The notes under the pieces are model-generated. The model made no database searches. It was not told the origin of the DNA and was given only the letters and a program-made list of their open reading frames with translations. Positions 37,101 to 52,200 of a stretch of DNA of 64,000 bases are shown in pieces. The stretch is from Haliotis rufescens (taxonomy: Eukaryota), in NCBI RefSeq assembly GCF_023055435.1, contig NW_025963890.1, positions 43,648,001 through 43,712,000 on the forward strand, in the 5' to 3' direction. Within the stretch, counting starts at the first letter, position 1, and each line of letters begins with the position of its first letter. Both the position numbers and the translations under genes were made by a program.

Positions 37101-40100
37101 CTGCAATGAAGATGATATAATGCCCTTTAGTGAACTTAAAATAAAATACCAAATTAAAGGCACAATTATTGACTATTACCAAGTTCTATTAAACATACCA
37201 AAATCCTGGAAAGATACTATTAGAAATTATCACATTATTTTATATAATCAACATTTAAATACAACTTTGATGGACTTACTTGTAGCGCCTAGAGGCTCCA
37301 GATATTTTTATGATAAGACAGCAAATCTACCAACAGTCTGTGAAATATGGGATACCATTCTCGACTTAGATATATCATGAAATGTTTTTATCAGATATAG
37401 AAAATGTACAAAAAACGTAAAATTACTTGATTTTCAATATAAATTTATTTATCGCACCATCTATACAAAGAAAGAATTGTTTAAAATGAAAATTCTCGAT
37501 GATGATCTGTTCTCATTTTGTTAAACTGATACTGAATCCTTACTTCATGTATATTTGGATTGTAAGCATGTTAAAGAGTTTTGGGCTAAAGTTGAATGTT
37601 TTCTGAATACAAAATGTTCAAAACAATTTACATTTACAAAATGCTCTGTTTTACTTGGGTACATCTCTAACATTCTATTAAATCACATTATACTGGCATG
37701 CAAAAAATATATACATGTATCAAGTATTAAGAAAAACAAATTGTCACTTGAAACGTTTCTGAAGACTTTAATTGATATATTTTGGATAGAGAAATCAATT
37801 GCACACAAAAACAATACAATAAGACAGTTTGACAGAAAATTGAAAGATTTGGCAAATGAACTGTCTAGTTAATATGTCTATATTTTAAAAATAAATAAAT
37901 TATTTAAAAAAAATAATTTTTTTAAAAGTTTTTAAATTTTTTTTACACAACCAATTTGTTAGGATTTAGCTTCACACTTAGGTAATAAATATGGCAAATA
38001 TTTGCCCGTTTTCACCATTTGTAAACTTTGATGGACACCTGTAGCAAACTTAAACTTGCTGACCTGCTGTCTGCTGTATAGGTAACCTATACCTAATAAG
38101 TATGCTACAAGACGTGCTATTCCATGTATAACTCTGAATTGAATAAAAATATTAAAAAAAAATAAAAATAAAAAATAAAAATAATGTCTTAATATTTCAC
38201 GTAGGAATATGCCCCATGTCCCCACACCCCACGTTCTGCTTTGTATTTTGTAAGCATTAATAAGAGAATAATATAATAACTGTGTCCAGTCTACCACGTG
38301 GTTTGATGCGGTGTCAGCGTCGAATGATGCTGTAATAGTTATGAAAAAAATCGTTGTGTATCGTATATTTTTCTTACTAACTATCCTCTTATTTGCTAAA
38401 ATAAAACAGATTTTTCCAACAGTAAGTCAGCTAACTAGAAGATCCACTGACTGCTATATTCCTTATATAGGCTAAACGGTCCTGTTTGTGCACACGACCT
38501 AACATTCGAAACTAATAAAGTCAATTTTAAGACAGTACAGTCTATAGAACCGAATGATAATATGTTCAGATCGCATCTGTGCTGTATAAGAGGGTGGCCA
38601 TGCCCGGAAATGTTAGACGTTGGATCGCAAGTGAGAAACATTAAAGTAGATACACGAGAGTTGGGACACTGGCTGTGTAACACCAAGACATGCGGTTTGA
38701 AATCAGATCACTGACATGAGAGATGGGTGAGTGAGTGAGGTTTTACGCCGCTTTTAGTAATATTCCAGCAATATCACGGCGGGGGACGCCACAAATGGGC
38801 TTCACACATTGTACCAATGTCGGGAATCGAACCCGGGTCTTCGGCGTAACGAGCGAACGCTTTAACCACTAGGCTACCCGACCACCCCTACATGAGAGAT
38901 GAGGTTAATTAAACACAAACGTTTGCTTTCATATAAAGCATTATGAGAACTGGGGGACCAATATGCAAGTACGCGCATTCACACACTGAAGCAAATTATA
39001 TTTGATATAGAATAGGTTTTCATTAATCTGAACACATGTTTATCAACAATAAGCAAATTAACAAGTCCATGGAAAATGCTTTGTTGCATTTTAATGGGTT
39101 TTTTTTGTTTTCACCTTGAATAATATATCATAACAGACTAAGAGACGGCTTGGGCTTCCTCTTGAAAGTACTAAAATAACAACTGTTGTTTACTGAACAG
39201 AGAGATTTTTATGATAAAAACATTGACCATTAATTTCTTCTCTAATTTTCCAATGTAGTTCACTTCAAATTTCTTTTCTTTTTCTTAACTGTAAAGAAAA
39301 ACGTCAACATGATCACAAGGTAATGCGCCTGTTGAATGTTACCCTGTGAGATCTATCAGATCTATAACGGAATTGATGCTTTCTACAGGTTCAGCATATT
39401 CCAATTGCCTCCACTCGTTATTTGAATTCTTAAGGAAAATGTTTCCTTTCTCCCTTAATACCGTTTTTATTATGCACGCAAAATGTAAAATATATACTTA
39501 GTGAGATCTTTAATTATATTATCCATACAATAAACTGATGTTCATTCATTAAGATATTCTAAAGGTGTCGTGTAGAGAACAGTCCCTTTGAATATTTATT
39601 TGACAGATTATAATAATATCAAAATTCATCACCACTTGCAAAGTTCACTGAAATGGCAGTCACCACTTGGAAGTTAAGGTAGACACAATATTATGGATAA
39701 CAACTTCTTTTATACTATAAAAAGCGACGTTTCGGTATAGATCTTTATACCGTTGTCAAGCAAAACTGATTGAGGGATATTGTACAGAATATATATAGTA
39801 GGTGGGGGATTAACAGTAGAGGATTAACAGTGACAACAATATTCATTTCAAATATACACCAATAAATAGTGGGTAAAGTCAGAATAACACCTGTGAAAAG
39901 ATACCCCAAGTCCCCCACCAAACATCCTCTTGTTAACTTTTACAAAAAAACACACACAAAAAGTGGGGTGTGGGGAAACGTTCAGTAATATCAGGGGAAC
40001 TATTTTTTCGTAACGAGTTACGGTACTTTTCTTAATATCCTTATAGACCTTCTATTATAAGAAATACATCTTTTTGTAGACCGTTCAATGTCAAGTGTTT

Positions 40101-40206
40101 ATATGCTACTAACGTTTAAATATATCTAATTTTACCGTTTCTAAAGATGTTGAAACATGTCACTGTGTCAAACGTATTTAAATTTATCTTCACACGCAGC
40201 GCTTTT

Positions 40207-40291
<85 letters not shown>

Positions 40292-43200
40292 CATTTACAT
40301 CCATACATCCATGTAATTATACATACCATGCACACATACGTACCATGTAATCCTACGTACATACTAAATACATAGGAAGTCAGTATGTATCAAGTCTTTA
40401 TAACCGGTGAGGTTGTAATAACTGTCACACCTGATTTACCTGATTTATTTATCTGAATGAAACGTTACACAGTTATTCGGGGTAACGATTTTCTGTGCTT
40501 TAGAATCAAAGTATCGTTTCGTACATGTATGTACAGTACATATATGTTACGATGACGTGTCATTCCTCAGTACGATGTATAGCATAAGTGTATACACTTA
40601 AAAGTAGACACATGTTAACGATAATTATTTTCTGGGTTAAATTCGAGTTGACATTTTAATTTTTTGTTACATAAGATGAAAGAAATGATGGTGCAGAAAG
40701 AAAAGACTCGCAATTAACACTATAACCGTGATGTAATCACGTTACTCAATACAACCCACAAAGAAACAATATATAAGACAGTTTTTTGCTATTTATTCCT
40801 TATTTTATATCAATAAATCATTTATGGGTACCAAAGAATGAATACATATCGCAAATATGATTGTATTATTTCATGAAATGTTTATTGAGATCGCAAATCG
40901 TTTTTTTGATATCAATTACTGAATTTGATATATCAAATAATGTACATTATCATCTAAAATATCCATAGCCTTCGTCTGCGTGACCTTATGCCCATTATTT
41001 AATAGTTCGTGAAGATAGGTAAGATAGAAGATAGACTAATAATGTACGTGTACTTGGAAAAGATATATATTGTAAATGCCAAAATGATGCATCAAGGATC
41101 AAGTAGAAGATATTTTGACAGGAGCGCTGGGAATTTATTCAACAAGCCCGTGAAAACAACACTACTTTAGCTCAATCTTTAACTTTCCTGGCGGCCATGT
41201 TACACACAACCACGTATTAGGTCTCTTCCTGTTGTACGGTAGTTAGTAGAACCCTCTCCTTCAAGTGTATACTCCGTGATATATCCTACTCTCATTAATT
41301 AAATGCTGCTCTGTTCCAACGTCACGGATATAGTGAAACTTATGGCTACGTCGTAGTTACGGAACCCATTTTGAAGGCTTATGAGTAGGTACATGAGGAC
41401 TTACAGGCAAAAGTTCAGGAATTACAGGAAATGTGACAATCAAACATATGTTGAGTTTGCTCGGTTCAAAGAGATTGCTTGTCATAGATGGTGTGCATCC
41501 AAGGAGGTTGTTCAATATTTGGACAATTTGAAACATTTAATCTTTGATGAGTAGTTTAAAATGTGTACTCCTAATGTCGCGGTTAAAGTGTACTTGGATG
41601 AACAAGGACAAATAGTTTGAGTAAAGCTGCTGAATTATTATGAAGGACATAATGGTTACCAAGGTTATTGCAGTGTTCAAATCTCAGGTAATAACGCAGG
41701 TAACAAGCAAAGCAGGTCAAATACTTCTACAGGTGGAGGTGATCAGAGTAGCGCGCGGTAGCAACAATATATCAAATATATCAATCCGAGTTGATAAAAG
41801 TGGGAAAACTCCGAGGCTCGCCGAGAACTTACACGGGAACAAGTGAACTCATGCAGAATGTGGTCTTGTCACTGTTCCTCTTCATATTCGGAACTTGTAT
41901 CAGAAACGGTTAATCGTCAGTCCATGTACTTCGGTATTTGTTGTATATAGAATTGATAAAATCTATATATGTGTAAAAGATAGATAGATAGATAGATAGA
42001 TATATTTATTTCCTCCACTATTCTACAATATAGAACATAGATACATGAACCTTAATGAAACAAAGTAGTTACATGTCCTAGTGAAGGGGTATGAACAAAT
42101 GATGCCACTTGCTAACATAATCAAAGACTAGTAACATAGTTTCGCCGCATATATCAAGCTCAATGTGTATCATGCAATCAGGTAGTCCGTCTAGGAGGAA
42201 AGACATGATAACATCATCATTCTACCAAAGCAATTCAGAGCAATTCACAATGGTAATGTCAAAAACATATGCATATTCCAATATTTCATTTCTTTCTTGC
42301 ACATTTATAGTAAATGACATTAAAATGTGTGTGACTATGTCATGGGCTACTGTTCCGCAATGACATTCTCGCGATTCTATCTTTTTGCATCCTATTTTGC
42401 CCATATTAGTCAGAACATAAAATATTGAAAGAAAGCGTGAAGAAGGTTGCCAAACCCTGTGTTGATCTTCTGATCTGATACAAATATATCGAGACAGACC
42501 CTGTCGGCCGCACATTTGTCTCACAAGCATAAACGAATCTACATTTACATTTACTAGGAACATTACAGCTCCGTATAGTGAGAAGTCGATGAGACAATCG
42601 GTAACAAATGTAATGTCGGGGTTATCTTTCTATTACTTTCCATTCATGACAGTAATAGTTGAACACAACTGGATACTTTGTTGTCGTCGTGTATCAGGTC
42701 TTCGACATCTACAACATCCTCACTTAATAATGTATCCAACTGAAGATATGTGTTGTTTGCAGGAGAGGCAGTTTACTTTGGAACGTCGCAAAACTACGCG
42801 TGTCACTGTAAGAACAACAATGAGTGTAATCGTGATACTGGAGACTGCGGTAGAAGTAGCTGTGAACATGGATGGATGGGACCAAGCTGTCAATATGGTA
42901 TGCATGTTACCGAACTTCAAGGATGTTTAGCATACGGAAATTAATGTAAAGGATATATGCATATACAACTCATTTTTTATTGTTTTTGTTCTATCTGGTG
43001 TCAGATTCGGGACACTTTGTCAAACATTGAAACAAATCTAATCTGCAATTTACGGAGGCAACAAAATGCGAAATACTCCTCATTGCAAAATTTATGTAGG
43101 AAGAGAACATTTAAGCAAGAAGTACGCATACCCATGGGCTTCAATTGTGCCCACTGATCTGTTTCGTTATGCATATGAAGCGGAATTTCGCATCGGATTG

Positions 43201-46200
43201 GCAAACTCAATACACAGAAATGTGGCCAAGTTTAACAGAAGCTTCAGGAATACTGATGCTCTGATAGTGATCAACGGGCAGCACCATTACAGCAGAAGAC
43301 CTGGGGAAGAGGAAAATAATTTTTCTATGTTAAGGTCATATGGTCATTTCTTCGGAATATGTATTGTCTGGTTCTCTCTTATGATGCTTACTTTCTGTTT
43401 GCAGTCAATCTCGCCGCTGGAGGAACAGTCACTGTGCGTTACTCAGCTAAGACATTACTTAATGATGGAAGAGATAATACTTGCAGCCAGACAGATTATG
43501 GAAGGGAACAGACAGTTGCTGTTTCTTTCCCTACAAAACGATGGATTACAGAGATGGAAATAACAACAAAACGTACTGCGAATTCCGGTAATGTATTGAT
43601 GAACAGTGTGATCAGGTTGTGAACGACCACTCTGCCATTGAACTTTCAAACTGAATGATATGTCAATTTTGGAAATGACTACCGATAATTACAGAAATAC
43701 AAAAATTCGTTGGATCGAGGCTACGATTAGCATCAAGTATGATCCTTGGTCTATCAGCACCAATAAAAAACAAATTGATAAACGACTTGCGTTACTTTTG
43801 GCTTTCCTCGCTCGAATAGCTGATGTTGATAAATGAACTATGTACAAGCTGACACATTCTTTTACTTAAAAAGTACATGTACACTCTTTCAGATATTACC
43901 AGAAAGAAAATGAAATTACAACAAAAAATATCAGTTGAATGCCAATGGTAAGAGTAACCTGAATTCCATATATTGAAATGTACCATATGTTCTCGTGTTT
44001 GTACAGGTTACCACTTGACTTGCCTCTACATGTGTGTGGGACGGTTGGGGGAGGGTACGCTCACCTTTTCGTGAACACTTGGCCTCATCACTATTCAATA
44101 GTGATTCATAAACACATGCGTATGGTTATGAAATAGTCGGAATCATACAACGGACTTTGCATTTAGCAAAGATTAATGATTTGGGAAAGAGTGTCGTCGC
44201 TTATAATAAACTCTTTTTATAAAACGTTTAATTATCTCGACTATTACTGCCTATGTACAACCCTTTATGAGTGATATGTAATGCACAAAAAAGTAGACGA
44301 CTGGGTAGTGCGAATATATAATACCTACACATTTCTTAACACAATTGCATGTTCTACCATAACTCGTCCGCTCACTCAACAGACAGGTTCGTCCCACCTC
44401 CGTAGATAAATGTTGTGTGTCAAGTTAACTACAGCTGGTATCTACTGTCATGGTGGATTACTATATTGTACTACACAAGTATATAATGTGAATTTCTCGC
44501 GCATTTATGGTTGTCATTTTTTTCATTTTTAGGAACAATTGAAAATATTGTTGTCGTGGGCGAAATTAAGGGCTTACCGACAGTTTGTAGTTCTCCCTAC
44601 TCCCGCAATGATAGCTTGGTGTTCAGCATTGTGTGCGAGAGACCGATCCTGGCTACAAGAATCACAGCCATGCTTACACTCAGTACAAGCTCTTATGCCA
44701 ATATTTGTGAAGTGCGGATAAATGGAGGTACGTATGTTTTTGTTTTCTTCATAGCTGTTTTTTTTCTTGAATAGATTCGTGCATTTGAACATATTTTTCA
44801 TTACACAGAATGTGTCAATATTGATTTGTCCGTGCGTTATCTTAAGACAGTTAATACGTGTGTCCTTGATTCTCTACAGAATTGCGTGCCGTAGTTGTGC
44901 CATTTTGGCTGAGTGAGTCCCACTATTACAACAAATATAAGAAATTGCATTACATTTTGCACACCAATGGCTGAGTAATGGCCATATATAGATCTTTCAC
45001 TTTGATTGCCATTGCGGCCACTCATAAAAGTCATGAAGCCATTTTGAACAAAACTGGCGGAATAATGGCCATGGGTATGCTTTTCAATAGGGCTGCTGCG
45101 ACTGTCATAGGATTTGAACCTTTTGAGCAAATTGGGTTTAATATACGGGAACAAACTTGTGAAGTTTTAATTGTAAACTTGATTCGGTGTCTGAGGATAA
45201 TATAAGATGCATGTCGGACAACAGTCACCGGACGCCGAACCAACAGGCCATCTAAGCTCACTTGACTTTAATTGTGTCGTGAAAGAAGTAATTGATGATC
45301 TACATATTTATGTACTATGACGTGATATGAAACTGACAAGTCCGAATGCAGGATAAAAGGAGGATTGCAAATCAGACATTTCTTTACTCGATGTCATGCA
45401 CCAAATGTTTGTAGCCAGTGTATCATATATGAATAGTTGTATATCATAGTCGCTTCTAATTTATATAGGTATCAACATTGCTGTGAAGAAACCAACAAAT
45501 CAAACATCAAACTATGTCGACAATAAAAGGTCCATCGTGTATACATCGGACCTGGCAGTTGACGGGAACACACAGTCGCGATTTGAGTACAAATCATGTT
45601 CCCTCACAAAGGCAGCATGTGACGCCTATAATAACAGTCGCTGGACTCTGAACCTGGAAACATCATACGTCCCTCTGATGATAAGAATATATAATAGAGC
45701 AGGTCCAGGTAAGTACATTTATATTTTGACATCATCAACCATATGTGCTTTAAGTGATAAGACACGACGATCGAAAGTGAGTGAGTTGGGTTTACCCTCG
45801 CTGAGATCAATATGTCCATCACGGCCTAACGCCCGTGGGATAGATTGATGCAGATCTTAAGCATTTACTGCTTTGGTGAAACCCATGTGGGTGGGTATTG
45901 TGCAAAGACCAAGAATTAGCAGGTTGAAACTGATTAAAAGCCAAACAAAACAAATTGAATAGTTAAAGTGACACAAAGTAATATCCTTTACATTCACCCG
46001 ATTGGAGAAGCATTGCATATGTCGAACGAATGAATATTGTATGTATCATGTACTCGTTTTAAACAATATTTGACGAAAACAGTGTATATCGCTCTTTAGT
46101 CTTCAAACACATTCCCTGAACCACGGCAACACCTGAAATGGAATCAAAGTGAGGGCAATGCGTCCACAGCTGAATTCTGTGGCAGGATTTCTCTTTCCGC

Positions 46201-49200
46201 ACAGGGCATTGGCGATATTTCGATATTCATGCCCTTATAGTCCTGTGTGACTTTACTAGTTTCTGGACCGCCTCCGTGGTCTAATGGTAGAGCGTCCGCC
46301 CGGAGAGCGGAAGGTGGGCGGAGAGCGGAAGGGCCGGGGTTCGATCCCCATACCAAAAGACGTTAAAAGATGGTACTTGTTGTTACCCTGTCTGGTGCTC
46401 GGCATTAAGGGGCTAAAACAAGGACTGGTCGGCTCGGAGTCAGTATACTGTGTCTGAGTGGGGTATTCATGTTAAACTGCGGCATGGTATCTCAGTGTGC
46501 TAGCACTATAAATCGGCATCAGTCCGGACTAGTACAAGCAGCCACACACACACACACACCTACACGTGCATGCACGTCGCTATATAAGTGCAATAATCTT
46601 GAAGGCGACGTTAAACCCCATTTCACCTCACCTCACCTACTAGTTTCTGCAGTTGCAAGTATACACATATGACATAGATATATAAGTCTATGTATTACAT
46701 ACACATTGACAACCAGTACAGGCTCATCACTGATTTCCAATGATCAATTCGTAACACTTTGACCGCATTTTTGCCTTCATGCACATGGAATAAGATAATC
46801 GAGACTGGTTGTTGTCTGGCGTTGACTTTGGATATCATACGAATTGAAATCGTTTCGAGACTCCGAGCATCGTTTCATTCAAACCAGACAATGAAATCAC
46901 AAATGTATTCAATTTAATGTATGTTCATAATTGAGCACATTTTCACATTTTTGGTGAGTTTATATGTGTTGTTGTCATTGCGGGTCACGGGTGGCCCAGT
47001 GATCTTAGGTGTCACCATTCGCTGGACAGAGCTATGTCCGATAGGCGTAGCAGACACATATTGTCGTGGGCTCGAATCCCGGTTCGCACTGATTATGTTT
47101 GTATGAGTGTCAGTATCCGACCCCTGTTCGTGAGTTTCATCACGGGGCAACCGTCTGCGAAAATCCTGCATCACTTTCCTTCCTCATCAAGGCGACATGC
47201 CCTAGTGTTACCGATGAAATGAATGTTCAAAGCGGTGTTGAAACAAACTCACTCACTCACTCTTGACATCGCAGGGTTCACACAACTTCTGGCCGGATTC
47301 AGCCTGCAGACAACAACTCCTGGCATTACCGGATGGCAGAACATCTACACGGATAACTCCGCGGATCCCGGGCAGATCATTATTCTTGTTCCAGGCCAAC
47401 TACACTCCATCAGTCTTCTGAGGGTGACCACACGGCAGTGTCAAAGACTAGCATTGTGCGAAGTACAGATGTTTACAGGTGGAACCAATTAACATGTTGA
47501 CGGCAATAACATTTGATTTAACATTCACACAAGTCTGTGAATGTTACAACATAAACAATGTGAATGTAAAAAACAAAATTTGACATTTATATCATGTAAG
47601 AAGTACATGTATTCATAAAAGGATCAGGAATCTGTATTATTGTATCACTATCGAGTTCTTAATGAATGATATTCCGCACTGCGAATATATAATGACAAAA
47701 TAACTTAAAGGCCGAAAATTCGAACAAACACCTACCTGTACATCCAGTGTGTTTTCGTTTGTTTGTTGTTTTTAACGCCGCACTCAAAAATATTCCAGCT
47801 ATATGTCGGCGGTCTATAAATAATCGAGTCTGGACCAGACAATCCAGTGATTGATATTATGAGCACCAATCCACGCAATTGGGATCGATGACTTGCATCA
47901 ACCAGGCCAGCGAGCCTGATCACCCGATCCTGTTAGTCGCCTCTTACGACAAGCAAAGTCGCCTTTAACTATTCAGAGTGAGTGAGTGAGTGAATGACTA
48001 TGGTTTTACGCCACTTTTAGCAATATTCCAGCAATATCACGTCGGGGGACACCGGAAAATGGGCTTCATGCCTTGTACCCATGTCAGGAATCGAACCTGG
48101 GTCTCCGGCGTGACGAGCCAATGTTTTAAACACTATTGGCTACCCCACCGCCCCTGTATATTCAAAGGAGATGGAGATGATACCATATGGAACCATATAG
48201 CACAGAAGTATTCATAGCTCAGTCTTTTAGTCATAAACAGTTATAAACATAACGAACATAGTCGTCCACATGTAATGAGGGACGTATTTTGGCGTGTTTC
48301 GAAATATTTTTCCCCAAATCTCGTTGCCAAGCTGAAAACCGAAGAACTGTATCCATGCTTACAGAGATGAGTTCAGATAAAAGTAGGTGATATCCTAATG
48401 TGGTAGTGGGTATACATACTAAGGCGCCTCGCGTCTTTGCAGCGAAAACGTGGTGACATATGAATCAACCAGTGTTTTTTTCTATTAAGTTTGTCCTGAC
48501 AACTGGTACGGGTACGGTACGGGTGAATGAATAGCAGCACCTCCAAATACGTATTTTAACATACATGCGTACAAAGGTTCAGCCATATTCCCCTACCCCG
48601 CTAGTAATACAGTTTTATCATAACGAGTTCCCAAGTTACAAAGACTTATTGCTGTGAGATATTTGTGTGTGACACTTAGATCTGTCTTGGGAAGCCATTG
48701 AACTCTAAGTATGGTAGCTCGTAACGTGAACAGGGTCAGTTGTGAGAGACACGAGACATAGATCAATCATGATGACATCAAGATACCCGACGAGGCCAGC
48801 CAACTTATATTGGTTTATAAAAGTCGTGGCGAAGGATAAATATATATTTTGTAACGAGTAATGATAAAAGATGATATATGTATAGACCCTAACCTTTCAT
48901 TTTCCGAATAGGAATGACAGATATGTAACTTCAGCAAAGATACATGTACATGTTTCTACTACGTAAGATGAGTTAAATTTGTATGAAGCATATTTCTATT
49001 TGCAGTTTGCGGTGATGGATCCTTTGGCTTGAATTGTGCTCTCCAGTGTCGTTGTTACAACAAATCGGAGGCCTGTGACAAGGTCACTGGCAGATGTAGC
49101 TCTGGTTGTGCAGCTGGTTTCACAGGCGATGACTGTCAGACACGTGGGTGCATTACTAACGAAGACCGTCAAACTCAAATGATACCGTTTGCGTTGAAAT

Positions 49201-52200
49201 TTCAAATATCAAAAAAATAATTTGTCTTAGTCCCTTTCTTATTGTCAACATACGGCAGTAACCATCATGTAACCAAATGATACCGTTTGCGTTGAAATTT
49301 CAAATATCAAAGAAATAATTTGTCTTAGTCCCTTTCTGATTGTCAACATTCGGCAGTAACCATCACATGAGAATGCACACCGAGGAAATGTGATAAATCA
49401 TTTCAATTAAGAGGATGGTCTTCGTATATCTCATTACACAGTTTTACTATGTTTTATAGCATGCCGGAAGGGGTGGTTTGGCGTAAACTGCCAATCACCA
49501 TGTGGAAAGGAGTGCACAAACAGTGTGTGTGATGGCGTGACGGGCGTTTGTACCGAAGGGTGCAAACCTGGATACATTGGTGACATGTGCGATCAACGTG
49601 AGTACAACCAGTTCAATGAAAACAACAAAATCCTTTATTTTACCTTCATGTCAGAATGTTGTACAATTAAGGCACCGATATCTGGGTTACATGTGTGTGA
49701 AAAAAGTAAACAGTTACTGGTGGAGATATGAGAAATTCTGCTTGATACGAACAACAAACTGTGTACTAATTGGCCACACAGCGTCTTCTTGTTTAATAAT
49801 GAAAAGCCACAAAACCATTAATTTACCATCATCATAAGAAACATCCATTGCCCAGTCCGTCTTTATCATAAGCATGTGTTTATGAATCATTATCAAATAG
49901 TGATGATAACAGGTGTTGGTGAATCCTGCCCCACCGACGGCACTCATCACAAAAACACACAAAGGTAAATCATATGACAAGGGAATCCTATGGTACGTCA
50001 AAGGTTATTTAGTATTATTTGCGGAACACACTGTTTTGATTGAGCTTGATTGGTTCTCCCTCTGTGTTCCAAACAATTTGCTTTTTCATTCAACTTACTA
50101 ACATATCTATCATATGTTAAAAACTGTCCTCATGCTTGGAGCAGGTAATTTACATAACGTGCCCCTTTCCAATTCCACGTGTGTTAGTAGCCCAGTTTTA
50201 ATAGATTGTCCTTTCACGTGTGGCATTGTCACTATTTGAAAGTGATTCATGAACACATACAGTACTCATGATATAGTCGGAATCGTACAATCGACTCTGC
50301 TTTCAGTTTGGCATATTCAAACCTCCATCTTTGATGTGTTGATCTCAAATCACATTTTCCGGTATATTTCTCCATATAAATATATACATGTATCTGGTGT
50401 GTTCGGGATAGACGAAAAACAATATGTTTTAGTTTTGGAATGATATGTGATTTTAATATTCAGTTTCTGTCAAAAGGCGTGAGGATGCGCGCTGACCAGA
50501 TGGACAAAAGAGTCTCACATTTTCTGAGAGTATCTTTATTATTTAGTTCAATTATGTCAATATCAAGGTTAAATATTATCCCAAGTAATTCAAATGATCC
50601 TCCATCAGATCTTCCCTGGTCAGCTGTCCACGAAAACATCAAATAAATTCATAACTTTGAAAGATGAGGAAATTGGTGAGTTTGTTTTTACCCAACCATG
50701 AACAATATATTACAGTACTTCCATGTGGTTACAACTTAGGGTGCAAGGAAATCGCGAAGTGATACATGTTCTGACCATTTTGCAATATCGTGAAATCCAC
50801 GAGCAAGATTGTGATTAGACAATCGACGTTAAGATCATAACCAGGGTAAATCTGGGACTCGAACACACGACAAATGGATTCTAAAAATGTGCCGTGCTGT
50901 TTGCAAATCCTTTAAACCGGCAGGTCCCCAATGCTTAATGTCATCAGAGATGAGTACTTGGCAAGCTGCATATCAACCCATATTATACGGTGTGATGTGA
51001 CTATGGCGACCGCCTCCGTGGTCTAGTGATATATCTAGAGCGTACGCCCGGAGAGCGGAAGGTCGGGAGTTCGATCCGGCAGACCGCGTCATACCAAAAG
51101 ACGTTTCAAGATGGTACTTGTTGTTAACTTGTCTGGCGCTCGGGATTAAGATGCTGAAACAAGGACTGGTCGGTTCGGAGTCAGTATACTATGTCACCCC
51201 TTCTGTTTTTAACCACGCTATGACACACAACAGCTACAGCTTAAAACTAATTACAAACTTACGCCATGTGTGTAGGCATTCAAATCGCATAAATTTATAA
51301 AGAATAGAAACCAAGCATATTATACATTGTAAGGAATGCCACAATTGTGTTTTACTTTCAGAATGTACACAGGGATTTTATGGTGAATCCTGCAAGTACA
51401 CATGTAGTGTTGGCTGCAGAGACCAGAAGAGATGTTCTCCTGTAACAGGGTTCTGTGAAGGTGGCTGTGGGCACGGATGGCTCGGTGACAAATGTACAGA
51501 AAGTAAGTTCCTAAGTTATTGTTGAAAGTACTGTAATGACACAACCAATATTGCGTTCATATTTACTGCATTATAAATTATGCAGCTCATTTTGCACGCT
51601 CTGCACGCGGAATGTGCTGCACAATGTGTCATCCAGATGTGATCAACATGCAATTAATATCTCAAGTATTTCCCCGGAATATTTGATGTTTGGAGATGAA
51701 TCTCCGAATTCTTTATTGTTTCAGAGTGCCCTAACGGTACTTTTGGCGATCGCTGCAGCTCTCAGTGCAACAGCAACTGCGACAGCGGTGTATGCGACAA
51801 TGTAAACGGCGAATGTTCTCAAGGCTGTGTTCCAGGATTCCAAGGATCACAATGCGATCAAGGTCAGAAATCCGGCAGCGGTTTCACTGTCGTCTTCTAT
51901 CTCGGCTTCTTTCTCAATTCATTTTCGATTAAATGACGTATTTTGAATTAGAACATGCGGTGAAGATGGATAGGATGTGTTGGATCATGTTTAATGATGT
52001 TTTGTATGCAAGTGATGGTATGGAGATGTCAAGATGAATGCTGTGTGGAAAGTGGCGTGCTCGGCATTATGTTGTTCAGTAGAATTGGACACTGAAGAAG
52101 GTTTAAAGGTCGAAAACGAAAAACGGTGGCGCTTTTTGTCATTTTCTATCTCGACTTCTTATTCGGTAACAATTTTCGATTTTCGAGCCCAAGTAAGCTA

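Noticed and set aside
36609-37872. Host protein-coding gene in three consecutive ORFs
   Set aside because: The motifs match LINE ORF2, and the ORFs are separated by stops and frameshifts rather than introns.
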